Origin: a virus | Lineage: Duplodnaviria > Caudoviricetes | IMG/VR virus record: IMGVR_UViG_3300009168_000006 | Span: 1,015-65,014 of that record | Length of the DNA stretch: 64,000 nt | Strand: one strand, 5' to 3' | Shown here: piece after piece, positions 37,190 through 46,120 of the stretch | How positions within the stretch are numbered: the stretch's first letter is position 1 | Layout: every line of letters begins with the position of its first letter | The notes under the pieces: generated by a model | Database searches by the model: none | What the model saw: only the letters and a program-made list of their open reading frames with translations | Told to the model about the DNA's origin: nothing | Program-made: the position numbers and the translations under genes

Positions 37190-40137
37190 TCTGGCTTGGG
37201 AAGGGTGGGTAAGGGGTGGCATGCCACGGGTAGTCGGCGCCGGGCTGGAGAGGAGCGACGGGGGAAGGGACGGGTAGTCGGGTATGCGCTGGGGCGTCCC
37301 GGTGTTGGGCGGCCTCGTCGGGGCGTGCTGCGGTGGGCTGTCGGGGGAAGCGCGGAGAAGTCGGGCCGGGGTGGCAAGCGAGGGCCGGGGTAGTCGGTGG
37401 GGGAACGGGTAGGGTGGTCTGGTCCGGGCTTGTCGGGCGGGTATGTGGAGAGGTGCGCTGCACCGGATTGTCGGGGGTGCGCCGCGCTGGTGCGCGTGGG
37501 GTAGGACTGAGAAGTCGGCTCTGTGGCGGGACGGCTAGGGTTGGGATGAGAAGTCGGCTCGGTGTGGGGTGCGAGGGCGCGCCCGGTGAGGGGATGGCTC
37601 GGGAGGTCGGCGTGACGACGTCGAGGGCTGGCCGGGGACGGGCTGACTAGTCGGGTAGACGAGGTCTGCGCTGGTTAGGACTGGGAAGTCGGTGAGTGCG
37701 GTGGTGGCCAGCAAAGGCGCGTCTAGGCGAGTCGGTGGAGACGAGACCTGGCTGGGCGAGGTCTGGAAAGTCGGGCAGCGGCGACCTGGGTGGACGCGGC
37801 GAGGGTGGTCGCTTCGGTCTGCACTGGGTTGTCGTGGGCGGACTTGTCGCGGTGACCTGGGCTGGTCTGGATCGGTGAGCGGGGGGCGAGGGCTGTCGAG
37901 TCGGGGAGGGGGTGACAAGGTCGGGTGAGCAGCGACGAGGGATGGGGAGTCGGACGCGACCTGGGCGGACGAGCGTGGGGGAGGGTTGGCAAGTCGGGTA
38001 GACACGGGCAGGGCGGGGCCGGAGTGACAAGTCGGTGCGGTCTGCTCGGGGGTGCGAAGGCTTGGGCTGCCCAGCAGAGTCGGGGCGGGCTTGGTACGGG
38101 TGGTGCGCCCAGGCGAGGGCTGTCGGGGCGAGGGTGGGCAGCGCGGCGATGGCCGGGTAAGTCGTGTCGGAGATGGCTCGGTGTTGGCATGGCGTGGGGC
38201 GGGAAGTCGGATGGGGTGGCGTGGCGTTCGTCGGTCGGGGTGGGCGAGAGAAGTCGGGCAGGGACGTGGCGTGGCGCGGTGGCGAGGAGTGGCAAGTCGG
38301 TAGGGGTTGGGTCGGTTTGGTGAGGGGATGAGGCGTCGGCGTTGGGAAGGAGCGGTGCGGGATGGGATTGGGGCGCCCATGTCGGTTCGGAGTGGCCTGT
38401 GATGGGATGCGGTTGGCGAGACGAGGGGCGTCGGGGTGGGCTAGACGGGACCGGGATGCGGGCTGAGGAGTCGGGCCGGATAGGGTCGGCTTGGGGTCGG
38501 CGCGAAGTGAGAAGTCGGAGTCGCGATGACACGGCGCGGACCGGAAGGGGCTGAGAAGTCGGACTCGGATTGAGCCGACTGGGATTGGTCAGCCTCGTCG
38601 GGGGGCGGGTGTTGGCATGGGTCGCCTGGACTAGGCTCGTCGGCGCGGCTTGTGGTGGCGAGGGATGTCACGACCGAGACAAGGCGTGCCCCTGGCGAGG
38701 CAAGTCGGGTCTGGGTCGGGCCGCTCAGGCTAGGGATGGGTTGTCGGTGACGGCTGGGTTCGGGCCGGATCGAGCGTGGGTTGGGTAGTCGTCGTGGCGA
38801 GGGCAGGGCTGGTGAGGCTTAGTTAGTCGCTCGGCGTTGGCTTGCTCCGGGATGGCGTGGGACGGGCAGTCGGGGAGGCCAGGGGTGGCCTGCGGTACGG
38901 CGAGGGATGGCAAGGCTTGTCGGGAGGACACGGAATGGGGTGTCGGTGCTCTGGGTAGTCTCGTCGTGGTGACGAGGTTAGGGTTGCGCTGACAGGACGA
39001 GGCACGTCGGCACGGCGTGGGATGGCTGGACGATGGGACGGGTAGTCGGCTGGCTTGGACAGGCGAGCCGATGGCAAGGCCGGGAAAGGCGCGAGAAGTC
39101 GGGCAGCGGTGGCTGGCGACGGCGTGCGTCGGTTCGTGAAGGGGGGTCGGTACGGCTCGGGCAGAGGGCGGCTTGGGTAGGCATGTCGGTACGTCGCGGC
39201 GCGGGGCGCTCTGCGGGAGGTCGAGTGCTGACCTGGTGAGACAAGTCGGGCGTGATGGGTAGCTTTGGGTCGCCTCGGGTTAGGTAGTCGGGGAGCGCAG
39301 GGCCGGGCTGGGTCGGGCTGGGATCGGGGCGACGAGGTTAGTCGGCTCGCGTGGGCTTGGGTTGGGTGGACCTGACGTGAGTAGTCGGCTCGGGGGGGGC
39401 GGGGTGGGCGAGGGAAGAGTCGTCGGCATGGCTTGTCATGGCCAGACGGGACAAGGTAAGCGGACGTCGGGGTAGGCCCGGGCCGTGCGGTCTAGGTCAG
39501 AGCGGGCGGGACTTGTCGGCGGGGCCGGGACTGGCTTGCAGCCTGGCACGGTGGGGGTTGTCGGGCCGGGCAGCAACGGGGAGGTCTGCCTCGGTGAGGG
39601 GTGACCTGTCGAGCGGGCTTGAGGTGGCAGGGGACGGCTGGTGAAGTCGGACGAGCGATGGATGGGGTGGGGTTGACCAGGATCGCGTAGTCGTGGCGAC
39701 TGGGTAGGGGAAGGGATGGTGCGGATGGAGAAGTCGGGGCGGGCGGGCATGGCACGGCCGGTCACGATGGGCGGGTCAGGGTTGTCGGCATGACCTGAGG
39801 CGCCGTGGGCGGGGCCAGACATGGCACGTCGGCAGGGGAGGGGAGCGCAGCCCGGGGCCGGGGTGACAGGTCGGGACGGGGCAGAGATGCCTTGGTTCGG
39901 ACGAGACCTGGCAAGTCGGGAAGGCGGGGCAGGGATCGGCGGGGGTAGAAAAGTCGGGGCGGGTAGGGCGGGAGTGCGCGGGGCGAGACGAGTGCTGACA
40001 AGTCGGGTTGACGAGGCATGCGGATGACCGGGGTCGGGCCGGTTTGTCGGATGGGGGTGACCCGGAGAGTTGAGCGGTGACCTGGGAAGTCGTCGTGGCG
40101 GGACGGGGCTGGCGGATGGCGAGGGTAGACATGTCGG
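37190..40137 (-). repeat. non-coding array of ~65-70 units (CCGAC handle + degenerate CCN-NN pentamers); candidate guide-RNA array
   Basis: GTCG(G) on the + strand, usually preceded by AA/TA/TT/AT, recurs from 37233 to 40133 at mostly 38-54 nt spacing. The region has strong G-skew, no convincing ORF and unique unit interiors. Confidence 0.9.
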
Positions 40138-40203
40138 GTACCGGGAGACTGCGCCGGACTGTCTCGCTGGGTAGACAGCCCGGCCTTTGTCTCGCCCGGG
40201 TAG

Positions 40204-40476
40204 TTAGACCAGGGTGAGCGAGCGGGTCGGCTCGGCGTCGGGGGCAGGAGTGCCCTCGATCACCATGTGCCGGGTCCGGGCCGCCTCAGCAGCGGCCTTG
40301 GCCTCGGCGGCCTTGCGGCGCCGGGTCTCCCACGCCTTGAGGGCAATGGCCCGCCCCCGGCGGGACACGTCGTACCCCCTCGACCCGGTCACGTAGTAGC
40401 TGTGGGGGTTGGTCCCCTCGCCCACAGCGTGGCGGGGGAACATAGCGCGGTTGGGCGTGCAGTAGCAGTAGGGCAT
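40204..40476 (-). CDS. small protein (90 aa) between the RAMP gene and the array
   Basis: AGAAGGAG RBS; MPYCYC...H...H, then ALKAWETRRRK. Confidence 0.65.
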   Translation of the reverse strand: MPYCYCTPNRAMFPRHAVGEGTNPHSYYVTGSRGYDVSRRGRAIALKAWETRRRKAAEAKAAAEAARTRHMVIEGTPAPDAEPTRSLTLV

Positions 40477-40506
40477 GACGCACTCCTTCTCGGTTGACTG
40501 CCTGGG

Positions 40507-41373
40507 TTAACGGCCCCGGCGCCCGTTCGCCGCCCCAGCGGCGGCGGCCTGGGCGACGGCGGCCTCCAGGTCCACCGCCTCGGCCTCGGTGGCCGGGGCG
40601 GCGTACGCTGGCTGGAGCGTGGAGAGGGGGACGGCCTCGGCGTCCTCCCACTCGATCACCTCGAAGCGCCCTGCGTCCTGCGAGCGCAGCGCCCCGAAGC
40701 CGAGGTTCTCCAGGAGCGACCAGATGGACGGCCACTCCTTGAGGATGACGCTGTCCTGCACCGTGGCCACCAGGAACTGGATGCGCGGCTGCTCCACGTA
40801 CTGGTAGTAGGTCAGCGTCGAGCGCGGCCCCTGCGGCCCGGTGACGTGGCCGACGAACAGGTCGAGGTCGGTCGGCTCCTTGGCCGGGGCCAACTCGCCG
40901 TCTACCCCGGGGACGTTCAGGTAGATGCGCTCGGGGCCGACGAACACCCGCTCGGCCAGCCAGGACTTCGGCCCCTTCTTGGTCTGCCCCCAGCGGTCGC
41001 CCGCGTAGAGGATGTTGGTCGCCTCCCGCAGCCCCGCCTTGATCTGCCGGGACTCGATGAACAGCCCCGTGTTGTCCCGCTTGAAGCCGACGCTGCTCTG
41101 GCTGGTGGCCAGCTTCTCGGACGCCAGCTTCATCAGGTCGTAGGCGCTCATCGTCTTGGCCTGCTCGGCCAACTCCGGGTCCAGTTCCAGGATGGTGCGC
41201 CGCACCACGGCGGCCAACTCCTGCTTCTGGTCGATGCCCGTCCCCTTCCTGATCCACGCCTCGATGACGTCGGGGCGCAGGGGGACGCCCCCGTAGATGC
41301 GGCTGGTGAACTGCACCGTCACCCGGCGGTACTTGTAGACGGCGGACAGGTGGTTCGCGAACACGGATGCCAT
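40507..41373 (-). CDS. standalone Cas7/Csf2-like RAMP superfamily protein
   Basis: N-terminal strand RVTVQFTSRIYGG; LFIESRQIKAGLREA (compare RAMP IPxSSxKGxLR); RVFV; thumb-like HVTGPQGPRSTL; C-terminal G-rich loop LGFGALRSQDAGRFEV. Confidence 0.8.
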   Translation of the reverse strand: MASVFANHLSAVYKYRRVTVQFTSRIYGGVPLRPDVIEAWIRKGTGIDQKQELAAVVRRTILELDPELAEQAKTMSAYDLMKLASEKLATSQSSVGFKRDNTGLFIESRQIKAGLREATNILYAGDRWGQTKKGPKSWLAERVFVGPERIYLNVPGVDGELAPAKEPTDLDLFVGHVTGPQGPRSTLTYYQYVEQPRIQFLVATVQDSVILKEWPSIWSLLENLGFGALRSQDAGRFEVIEWEDAEAVPLSTLQPAYAAPATEAEAVDLEAAVAQAAAAGAANGRRGR

Positions 41374-41385
41374 AGCCCTACTCCC

Positions 41386-42039
41386 TTACTTCCCGGCGGG
41401 GGCGCCGGACTGGTTCGACGGGTTGTTCTGGTTGCCGTTCGGGTACAGGATGCGACGGAGCGCCTCGTCGGCCCCCGACATGATCCCCTCCATGCGGGCG
41501 TTGACCGCGTCGGTGGCGCTCTCGTACGCCTCCTCCACCTGGAGCGCGGTGTACCGCTCCTCCACGGTCTGCCCCTCGTCCATCCCGGTGGCCAGCATGC
41601 GGAACCACCGGGCGTGGCCCAGGTCGCGCTTCGCGCGGGTCTCCCGCTCCTGCGCCGCCAGGAGCAACTCCTCGGCGGTCATCGCCCCCAACCGGACGTA
41701 GCCCACCTGGGGGTTGACGTGCTCCCGCCGGTCGAGCCACCGCTGGAGCGCCTCGCGCTTGGTCTCCTCGGACTCGTCCGCCACCTCGGTGAACCGCTTC
41801 ACCCGGCGGGTCTCCAGCATCACCGCCCGCACGATCTCGGCGGTCGTGTTGAAGACCTGCTCGTACAGGAAGCGGTCGAGGAGTTCCGGCGTCTCCTGCA
41901 ACCAGGCCACCGCCCCCTCCGCGATCCGCGGGGTCGCGCCCCTGTCGCTCGGGTCGATGCGGTCCCTGATCCACTCCCGGACCTGCGTGGTTGCCGACCG
42001 GGTGCGCCCATCGCGACCCGGCTCGGCCTCGTCGGCCAT
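41386..42039 (-). CDS. helical hypothetical protein, co-operonic with the RAMP gene
   Basis: 217 aa; AAGGAGTACG RBS; 12 nt gap to the RAMP gene. Confidence 0.75.
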   Translation of the reverse strand: MADEAEPGRDGRTRSATTQVREWIRDRIDPSDRGATPRIAEGAVAWLQETPELLDRFLYEQVFNTTAEIVRAVMLETRRVKRFTEVADESEETKREALQRWLDRREHVNPQVGYVRLGAMTAEELLLAAQERETRAKRDLGHARWFRMLATGMDEGQTVEERYTALQVEEAYESATDAVNARMEGIMSGADEALRRILYPNGNQNNPSNQSGAPAGK

Positions 42040-42189
42040 GCGTACTCCTTTCTCGTCGGCTAGACACCCACCGGCTCCCGTTGGTCGATCCGGTCAGTGC
42101 TGCTTATATGGTAGCAATTGTCAGAAACGAGGGCCACCCGGGGTGCAGGCCCCGGGTGGCCCTCGCCTGGAGAGGGGGAAGGGAAGGGG

Positions 42190-42450
42190 TCAGGCCGTGA
42201 CGGGCACCTTCTCCGGGGTGGTGGTCGCGGTGACCGTGCCGGTGACGGTGATGGTCATGGTCATGGTGGTGGCACGGGCGGGAGCGAACTCACCGGCCTT
42301 GACGGTCTCCCAGGCCCGGGCGCGATCAGCCTGCACGGCCCGCACCCGCGCGCACCACTCCTCGAAGCGGGCGCGCTCCTCCCGCTGGCGTAGCCGGGTC
42401 TCGGTCAGGGTGTTCCCGTTCAGGCGCTTCCAGTGGCTGTCGCAGCACAT
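42190..42450 (-). CDS. hypothetical protein
   Basis: ATG after AAGGAGTACG; MCCDSHWKR... Confidence 0.5.
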   Translation of the reverse strand: MCCDSHWKRLNGNTLTETRLRQREERARFEEWCARVRAVQADRARAWETVKAGEFAPARATTMTMTITVTGTVTATTTPEKVPVTA

Positions 42451-42764
42451 CAGTTCCGTACTCCTTTGGGCATCGGCTTGGCGTAGTGCTCCGTCGTCAG
42501 ACGCTGGATGTCGGCCTGCACCATCTGTCGCAGCGTCCCCAGAACGGCCAGGTAGTAACTCTCCCGCTGCTCGGGGGAGAGGCCCATGCGGTCGCACTGG
42601 TCGCCCAGCACGTCCGTCACGAAGTTGGTCAGCCCCATCAGGGCGTCGGGGAAGGGCGTCCCCGGGTGCTTGCGGAGGTAGCCGTTGTAGCTGCGGAGGA
42701 GATGGTTGGTGATCTCCCGCACAGCCCGCTCGTCCGCGTCGATGGTCGTCCGCATGTCCACCAT
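42450..42764 (-). CDS. hypothetical protein (104 aa)
   Basis: AAGGAGTACG RBS; GC3 bias. Confidence 0.7.
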   Translation of the reverse strand: MVDMRTTIDADERAVREITNHLLRSYNGYLRKHPGTPFPDALMGLTNFVTDVLGDQCDRMGLSPEQRESYYLAVLGTLRQMVQADIQRLTTEHYAKPMPKGVRN

Positions 42765-42783
42765 CGGCGTACTCCTTCTGTGT

Positions 42784-42996
42784 CTAGCTGCGTAGACGGG
42801 TGTGGTAGTTGGTCCCGCCCTGCCACCCGAGGGTGAAGGCCATCTTGATCCGCGCCCGCTGCGCGCTGGTCAGGTCGTCCAGGTGGAGGAAGACCTCGGC
42901 GCCCTTCCAGGCGTCCTCCAGCGCCTTGTACTCCAGCCGCCGTCGCGAGGCGGCGGCGTGCTCATTCAGGCTGAGGTTGCGCGGCAGTTGAGGCAT
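42784..42996 (-). CDS. hypothetical protein (70 aa)
   Basis: Operon packing; protein-like composition. Confidence 0.55.
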   Translation of the reverse strand: MPQLPRNLSLNEHAAASRRRLEYKALEDAWKGAEVFLHLDDLTSAQRARIKMAFTLGWQGGTNYHTRLRS

Positions 42997-43336
42997 CGGT
43001 CACCAGCTTCGGGGTGCTGTCGTCGGCCAGGCTTTCCTTGATGTCCGCCCCCCACTGCTGGGCGGCGGTGTAGATTTCCTTGAGGGTGTGCTCGTCCAGC
43101 CCCAGGTACCGGCACGCCTCCTCCCAGGTGATGGCGTCGTCCGCGAGGGCGAAGCACACCGCGAGGCGCCGGTTGGTGCGGTAGGTGCCCACCAACCCCT
43201 CGCTGTTGTCCCGGCTGAGCAAACTCTCGGGCATCTTGATCGTCCACATCCTTCTTCGGGCAACGTCCGGGGGGATCGGGCGGGTCGGGGTGGGCCGGGC
43301 CGCCCACGTCGGGCGGCCCGGCTTGGGCGTCGGCAC
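42962..43336 (-). CDS. hypothetical protein, possible HTH
   Basis: ITWEEACRYLGLDEHTLKE is helix-turn-helix-like. Confidence 0.6.
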   Translation of the reverse strand: MPTPKPGRPTWAARPTPTRPIPPDVARRRMWTIKMPESLLSRDNSEGLVGTYRTNRRLAVCFALADDAITWEEACRYLGLDEHTLKEIYTAAQQWGADIKESLADDSTPKLVTDASTAAQPQPE

Positions 43337-43347
43337 CGTCTCGCTGG

Positions 43348-43761
43348 CTAGACGAGGGCCTCCAGCTTGGCCATCGCCTCCTCGAAGGTGTCGATGGCGT
43401 CCTGCGCGCGGACGGGATCGACGGGGGCGATCTGGTAGACGGAGTTGGGCTTGACCGCGCCGTAGAAGAGGCGGCGGGTCTTGGCCACGACCTCGTTGAT
43501 CACCTGGCGGCGGTGGTCCTGGACGTCCTCGGTGTTGTCGGTGACGAAGACGCCACCGCCGGGGCCGCGCCAGGTGACGATGGAGTCCTTGCGCTCCGGG
43601 TCTTCCCGCAGCACCTCCAGCCCGCCCGAGACCTGGGCCGCGGAGAGGGTGGCGAGGGACGCGAGGGCGGTGATGCCGAGGGCCGTGCCCTTGTGGGCGA
43701 GCAGGACGTCGTAGACCCGGTCTGCGATAATCTGACGGCGGCGCGAGTAACGAATAGCCAA
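43348..43761 (-). CDS. winged-HTH-like protein (RacP-like)
   Basis: AAGGAG RBS; VYDVLLAH...LASLATLSAAQVSGGLEVLRE...RRLFYGAVKP. Resemblance to RacP is from memory. Confidence 0.6.
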   Translation of the reverse strand: MAIRYSRRRQIIADRVYDVLLAHKGTALGITALASLATLSAAQVSGGLEVLREDPERKDSIVTWRGPGGGVFVTDNTEDVQDHRRQVINEVVAKTRRLFYGAVKPNSVYQIAPVDPVRAQDAIDTFEEAMAKLEALV

Positions 43762-43841
43762 GGACTTTCTCCTTGTCGGTTGAGGCCGGTGGTGCCCATC
43801 ACCACCGGCTCACTGATTCCTCGGGCGGCTGGCGGGGCCGA

Positions 43842-44702
43842 CTACGCTTTCCCTCCGTTGCTCTCCGACAGCACCTTGGCAAAGAAGTCGTCCACGTCCC
43901 CGCCCACCTTGCCCGTGGAGAGCAGGGACTCGATGCGGTCGATGACGGTGCGGGCCGAGGCGAGGCGCGAGCGCAGGAACTGCGCGGTCGCCCACGGGTC
44001 GTGCGCCGGATCGGGGAGCGAGGTGATCCGGGGGAGCACGGCCGCCGCGTCCCGGATGAAGCGGTCGAGCATCGCCTCCATCTGCGCGCGGGCCTGCCAC
44101 AGGTCCAGCTTCTGCTCCACCCGGGTGGTGTCTACCCCGCTAGGCACGTCCTCCGCAGCGGGGGGCCGGGCCAGCGCCTCCTCCTGGCGCCTGACCTCCT
44201 GGCGCACCTCCGGGTCGAGGCGCAGGGCGTCGAGGGCCGCCACCCGCTCGGCCAGGGGCGCGGTCTGGATGCGCTGGGCGAGCGGCTCGGAGCCGGTGTG
44301 CTGGATGGGGGGACGCCCCATCTCCACCCGCAGGCTGGTGACCGTCCACCGCCCCCGCTCGTTGGTCGGGTGCGGCTGCGCCACCAGGTCCAGCAGGCGC
44401 GCCCGCTCCTCCGCGATGCCCTCGTTGGCGATCTCCCGGTAGACCGACCAGGACACGCCTACCACACGTGAGGTAGGCGGCACCCGGCTGGAGGTGAACC
44501 GCCGCTGCTCCAACTGGGTGAGGGTCAGACCGGAGGCGTCGGCCATCCGCTCCAGCTTGTCCTGGCTCCCGTTGTTCACGCCGTCCAGGGCGTACGGCAC
44601 CTGGTCGAGGGCGATGTCACCCATCTCGAACCGGGTCAGCTTCTCCTGCTGGGCGAGGTCGGCCAGTCTCGCCAGCGCCTGGGCGAAGGTCATCCTGGGC
44701 AT
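43842..44702 (-). CDS. DUF6192/RacO-like putative DNA-binding protein
   Basis: RFEMGDIAL...MADASGLTLTQL...VSWSVYREIA...RWTV; AAGGAG RBS. Confidence 0.6.
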   Translation of the reverse strand: MPRMTFAQALARLADLAQQEKLTRFEMGDIALDQVPYALDGVNNGSQDKLERMADASGLTLTQLEQRRFTSSRVPPTSRVVGVSWSVYREIANEGIAEERARLLDLVAQPHPTNERGRWTVTSLRVEMGRPPIQHTGSEPLAQRIQTAPLAERVAALDALRLDPEVRQEVRRQEEALARPPAAEDVPSGVDTTRVEQKLDLWQARAQMEAMLDRFIRDAAAVLPRITSLPDPAHDPWATAQFLRSRLASARTVIDRIESLLSTGKVGGDVDDFFAKVLSESNGGKA

Positions 44703-44957
44703 CGGTCACTCCTTCTGCGGTGGTGGCCCCCTCACCGGGGGCCTGGGATGATGCTACCAAATCGACAGAACCTACGCAAGCGTCCTCCTCCCAGATGGGG
44801 AACATGGACAACTGCTCGTAGCCGTACGCCTCACGCCACACCTTCTGGGTGTCCTCGGGCGGGCGGGGACGGCCCCGGAACTCGTAGGGATCGGCTCGTT
44901 GCGGCACCGGGGCCTCCTCGAAAAACCCGCGCTGGGTTGGCTAGCCAGCTAGACGGT

Positions 44958-45239
44958 TTAGACGGTGGGCGTGGGCTTGGTCTCGATGAACAGGGGGTGC
45001 CCCCACCGGTCGATGGTGAGCAGGCCGTGGCCCATCCGCTGGGCGGCGGGGCCGCTCTCCTCCACGCCGTGCTCCCGCATCTGGGCGAGCAGCTTGTCCA
45101 GTTCCCAGTCGGCCCCGATCAGGACGCCCTGCGGGTTGCGGAAGGTGTGGACGTAGTTGCCGTCCTCATCCTTGCGGATGTTCAGGCGGTCCACCGCCTG
45201 GTCGTAGGGGACTTCGTACTCCGGGTGCTTGATCGGCAC
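44958..45239 (-). CDS. hypothetical protein (93 aa)
   Basis: AAGGAGTACC RBS and GTG start. Confidence 0.7.
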   Translation of the reverse strand: MPIKHPEYEVPYDQAVDRLNIRKDEDGNYVHTFRNPQGVLIGADWELDKLLAQMREHGVEESGPAAQRMGHGLLTIDRWGHPLFIETKPTPTV

Positions 45240-45717
45240 GGGCGGTACTCCTTAGACAGACCCCGAGGGGGTCGAAGAACAAGGCGGACAGGGCGGGCCA
45301 GTCGGCCGGTCGCGCCAGCCCCGTCACCATGACGTTCACTCGGCTCAGCTTCTCCAGCCACAACTCCTGGTCTTCCGACGTCACCCCCTTCCGGGTCTTC
45401 AACTCGATCATCAGCAGGACGATGGTGTCGTCGTCCTGCGGGCGGGACACGGCGACGAGGTCGGGCAGGCCCTTGTCGCTCTTGCGGCTGTCGGTCTCGT
45501 GGTAGACCGTCCACCCGTACCTGCGGAGGACGTCCTCGCAGACGGTCTGGAAGTCGGCCTCCCCCATGGCGGCGGGCAACTCGGAGGGGAAGCCGTTCAT
45601 GGTGGCCCACTCGGCGTTGCCGTCGATGGTCTCGGGGCGGACGATCTTCACCCGGCGCCTAGTCGGCGGGTGCGGTGGTTTCGGACTCCTCGGCGGCACG
45701 CGCGTTCTCCTCGGCAA
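45166..45717 (-). CDS. VRR-NUC / PD-(D/E)XK nuclease
   Basis: EADFQ...GWTVYH..DSRKS.KGLPDLV...IELKTRKG..S..Q..W; start uncertain. Confidence 0.8.
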   Translation of the reverse strand: MPRRTRVPPRSPKPPHPPTRRRVKIVRPETIDGNAEWATMNGFPSELPAAMGEADFQTVCEDVLRRYGWTVYHETDSRKSDKGLPDLVAVSRPQDDDTIVLLMIELKTRKGVTSEDQELWLEKLSRVNVMVTGLARPADWPALSALFFDPLGVCLRSTARADQAPGVRSPLRPGGGPPEHPQG

Positions 45718-46084
45718 CGATGATGTGGACCTGGTGGTAGAGGCGCTGTTCGGGGGTGTCCCCCTCGGTCATGTCGCTGACGTAGGCGACGTAGACCGAC
45801 CAGCACCGCTGGCAGAAGATGTCGCCCGTGTCCTGCCCCTGCCCCGGGTTCCCGCACCAGAGGCAGAGGTCGGGCTGGTCGGGGCGCGTCCACCCCCCGA
45901 CGCACGTCAGACAGGTGAGCACCGGGGACTCGTCGTCCCGGCGGTTGACCAGGAAGACGGCGACGTCGCGCTCGATGTGCTTGTGGCAGTGGTAGCAGAA
46001 CTGCCCCCGCCACTCCTCGGGGTGGCGGATCGGGATCGGCCTCCGGTGGACGGGCGACACGACGACGAGCATGCGCGGCGGCAC
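45659..46084 (-). CDS. zinc-finger protein
   Basis: Four CxxC pairs; AAGGAGTACG RBS. Confidence 0.65.
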   Translation of the reverse strand: MPPRMLVVVSPVHRRPIPIRHPEEWRGQFCYHCHKHIERDVAVFLVNRRDDESPVLTCLTCVGGWTRPDQPDLCLWCGNPGQGQDTGDIFCQRCWSVYVAYVSDMTEGDTPEQRLYHQVHIIVAEENARAAEESETTAPAD

Positions 46085-46120
46085 GGCGTACTCCTTGGGG
46101 GCGGCGTTTTGATTCCCGTT

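Noticed and set aside
37196-40132. ORFs called within the array (e.g. 37535-38380, 37723-38532)
   Set aside because: P/R/S- or G/R/W-rich translations with no RBS and no GC3 codon bias; they are by-products of the skewed repeat.
37190-40137. Canonical CRISPR array or TIGR array
   Set aside because: The conserved part is only ~5-8 nt, interiors are periodic and lengths step by 5 nt. There are no 23-47 nt direct repeats, no cas1/cas2, and no Nop-domain gene or box C/D-like motifs that I can see.
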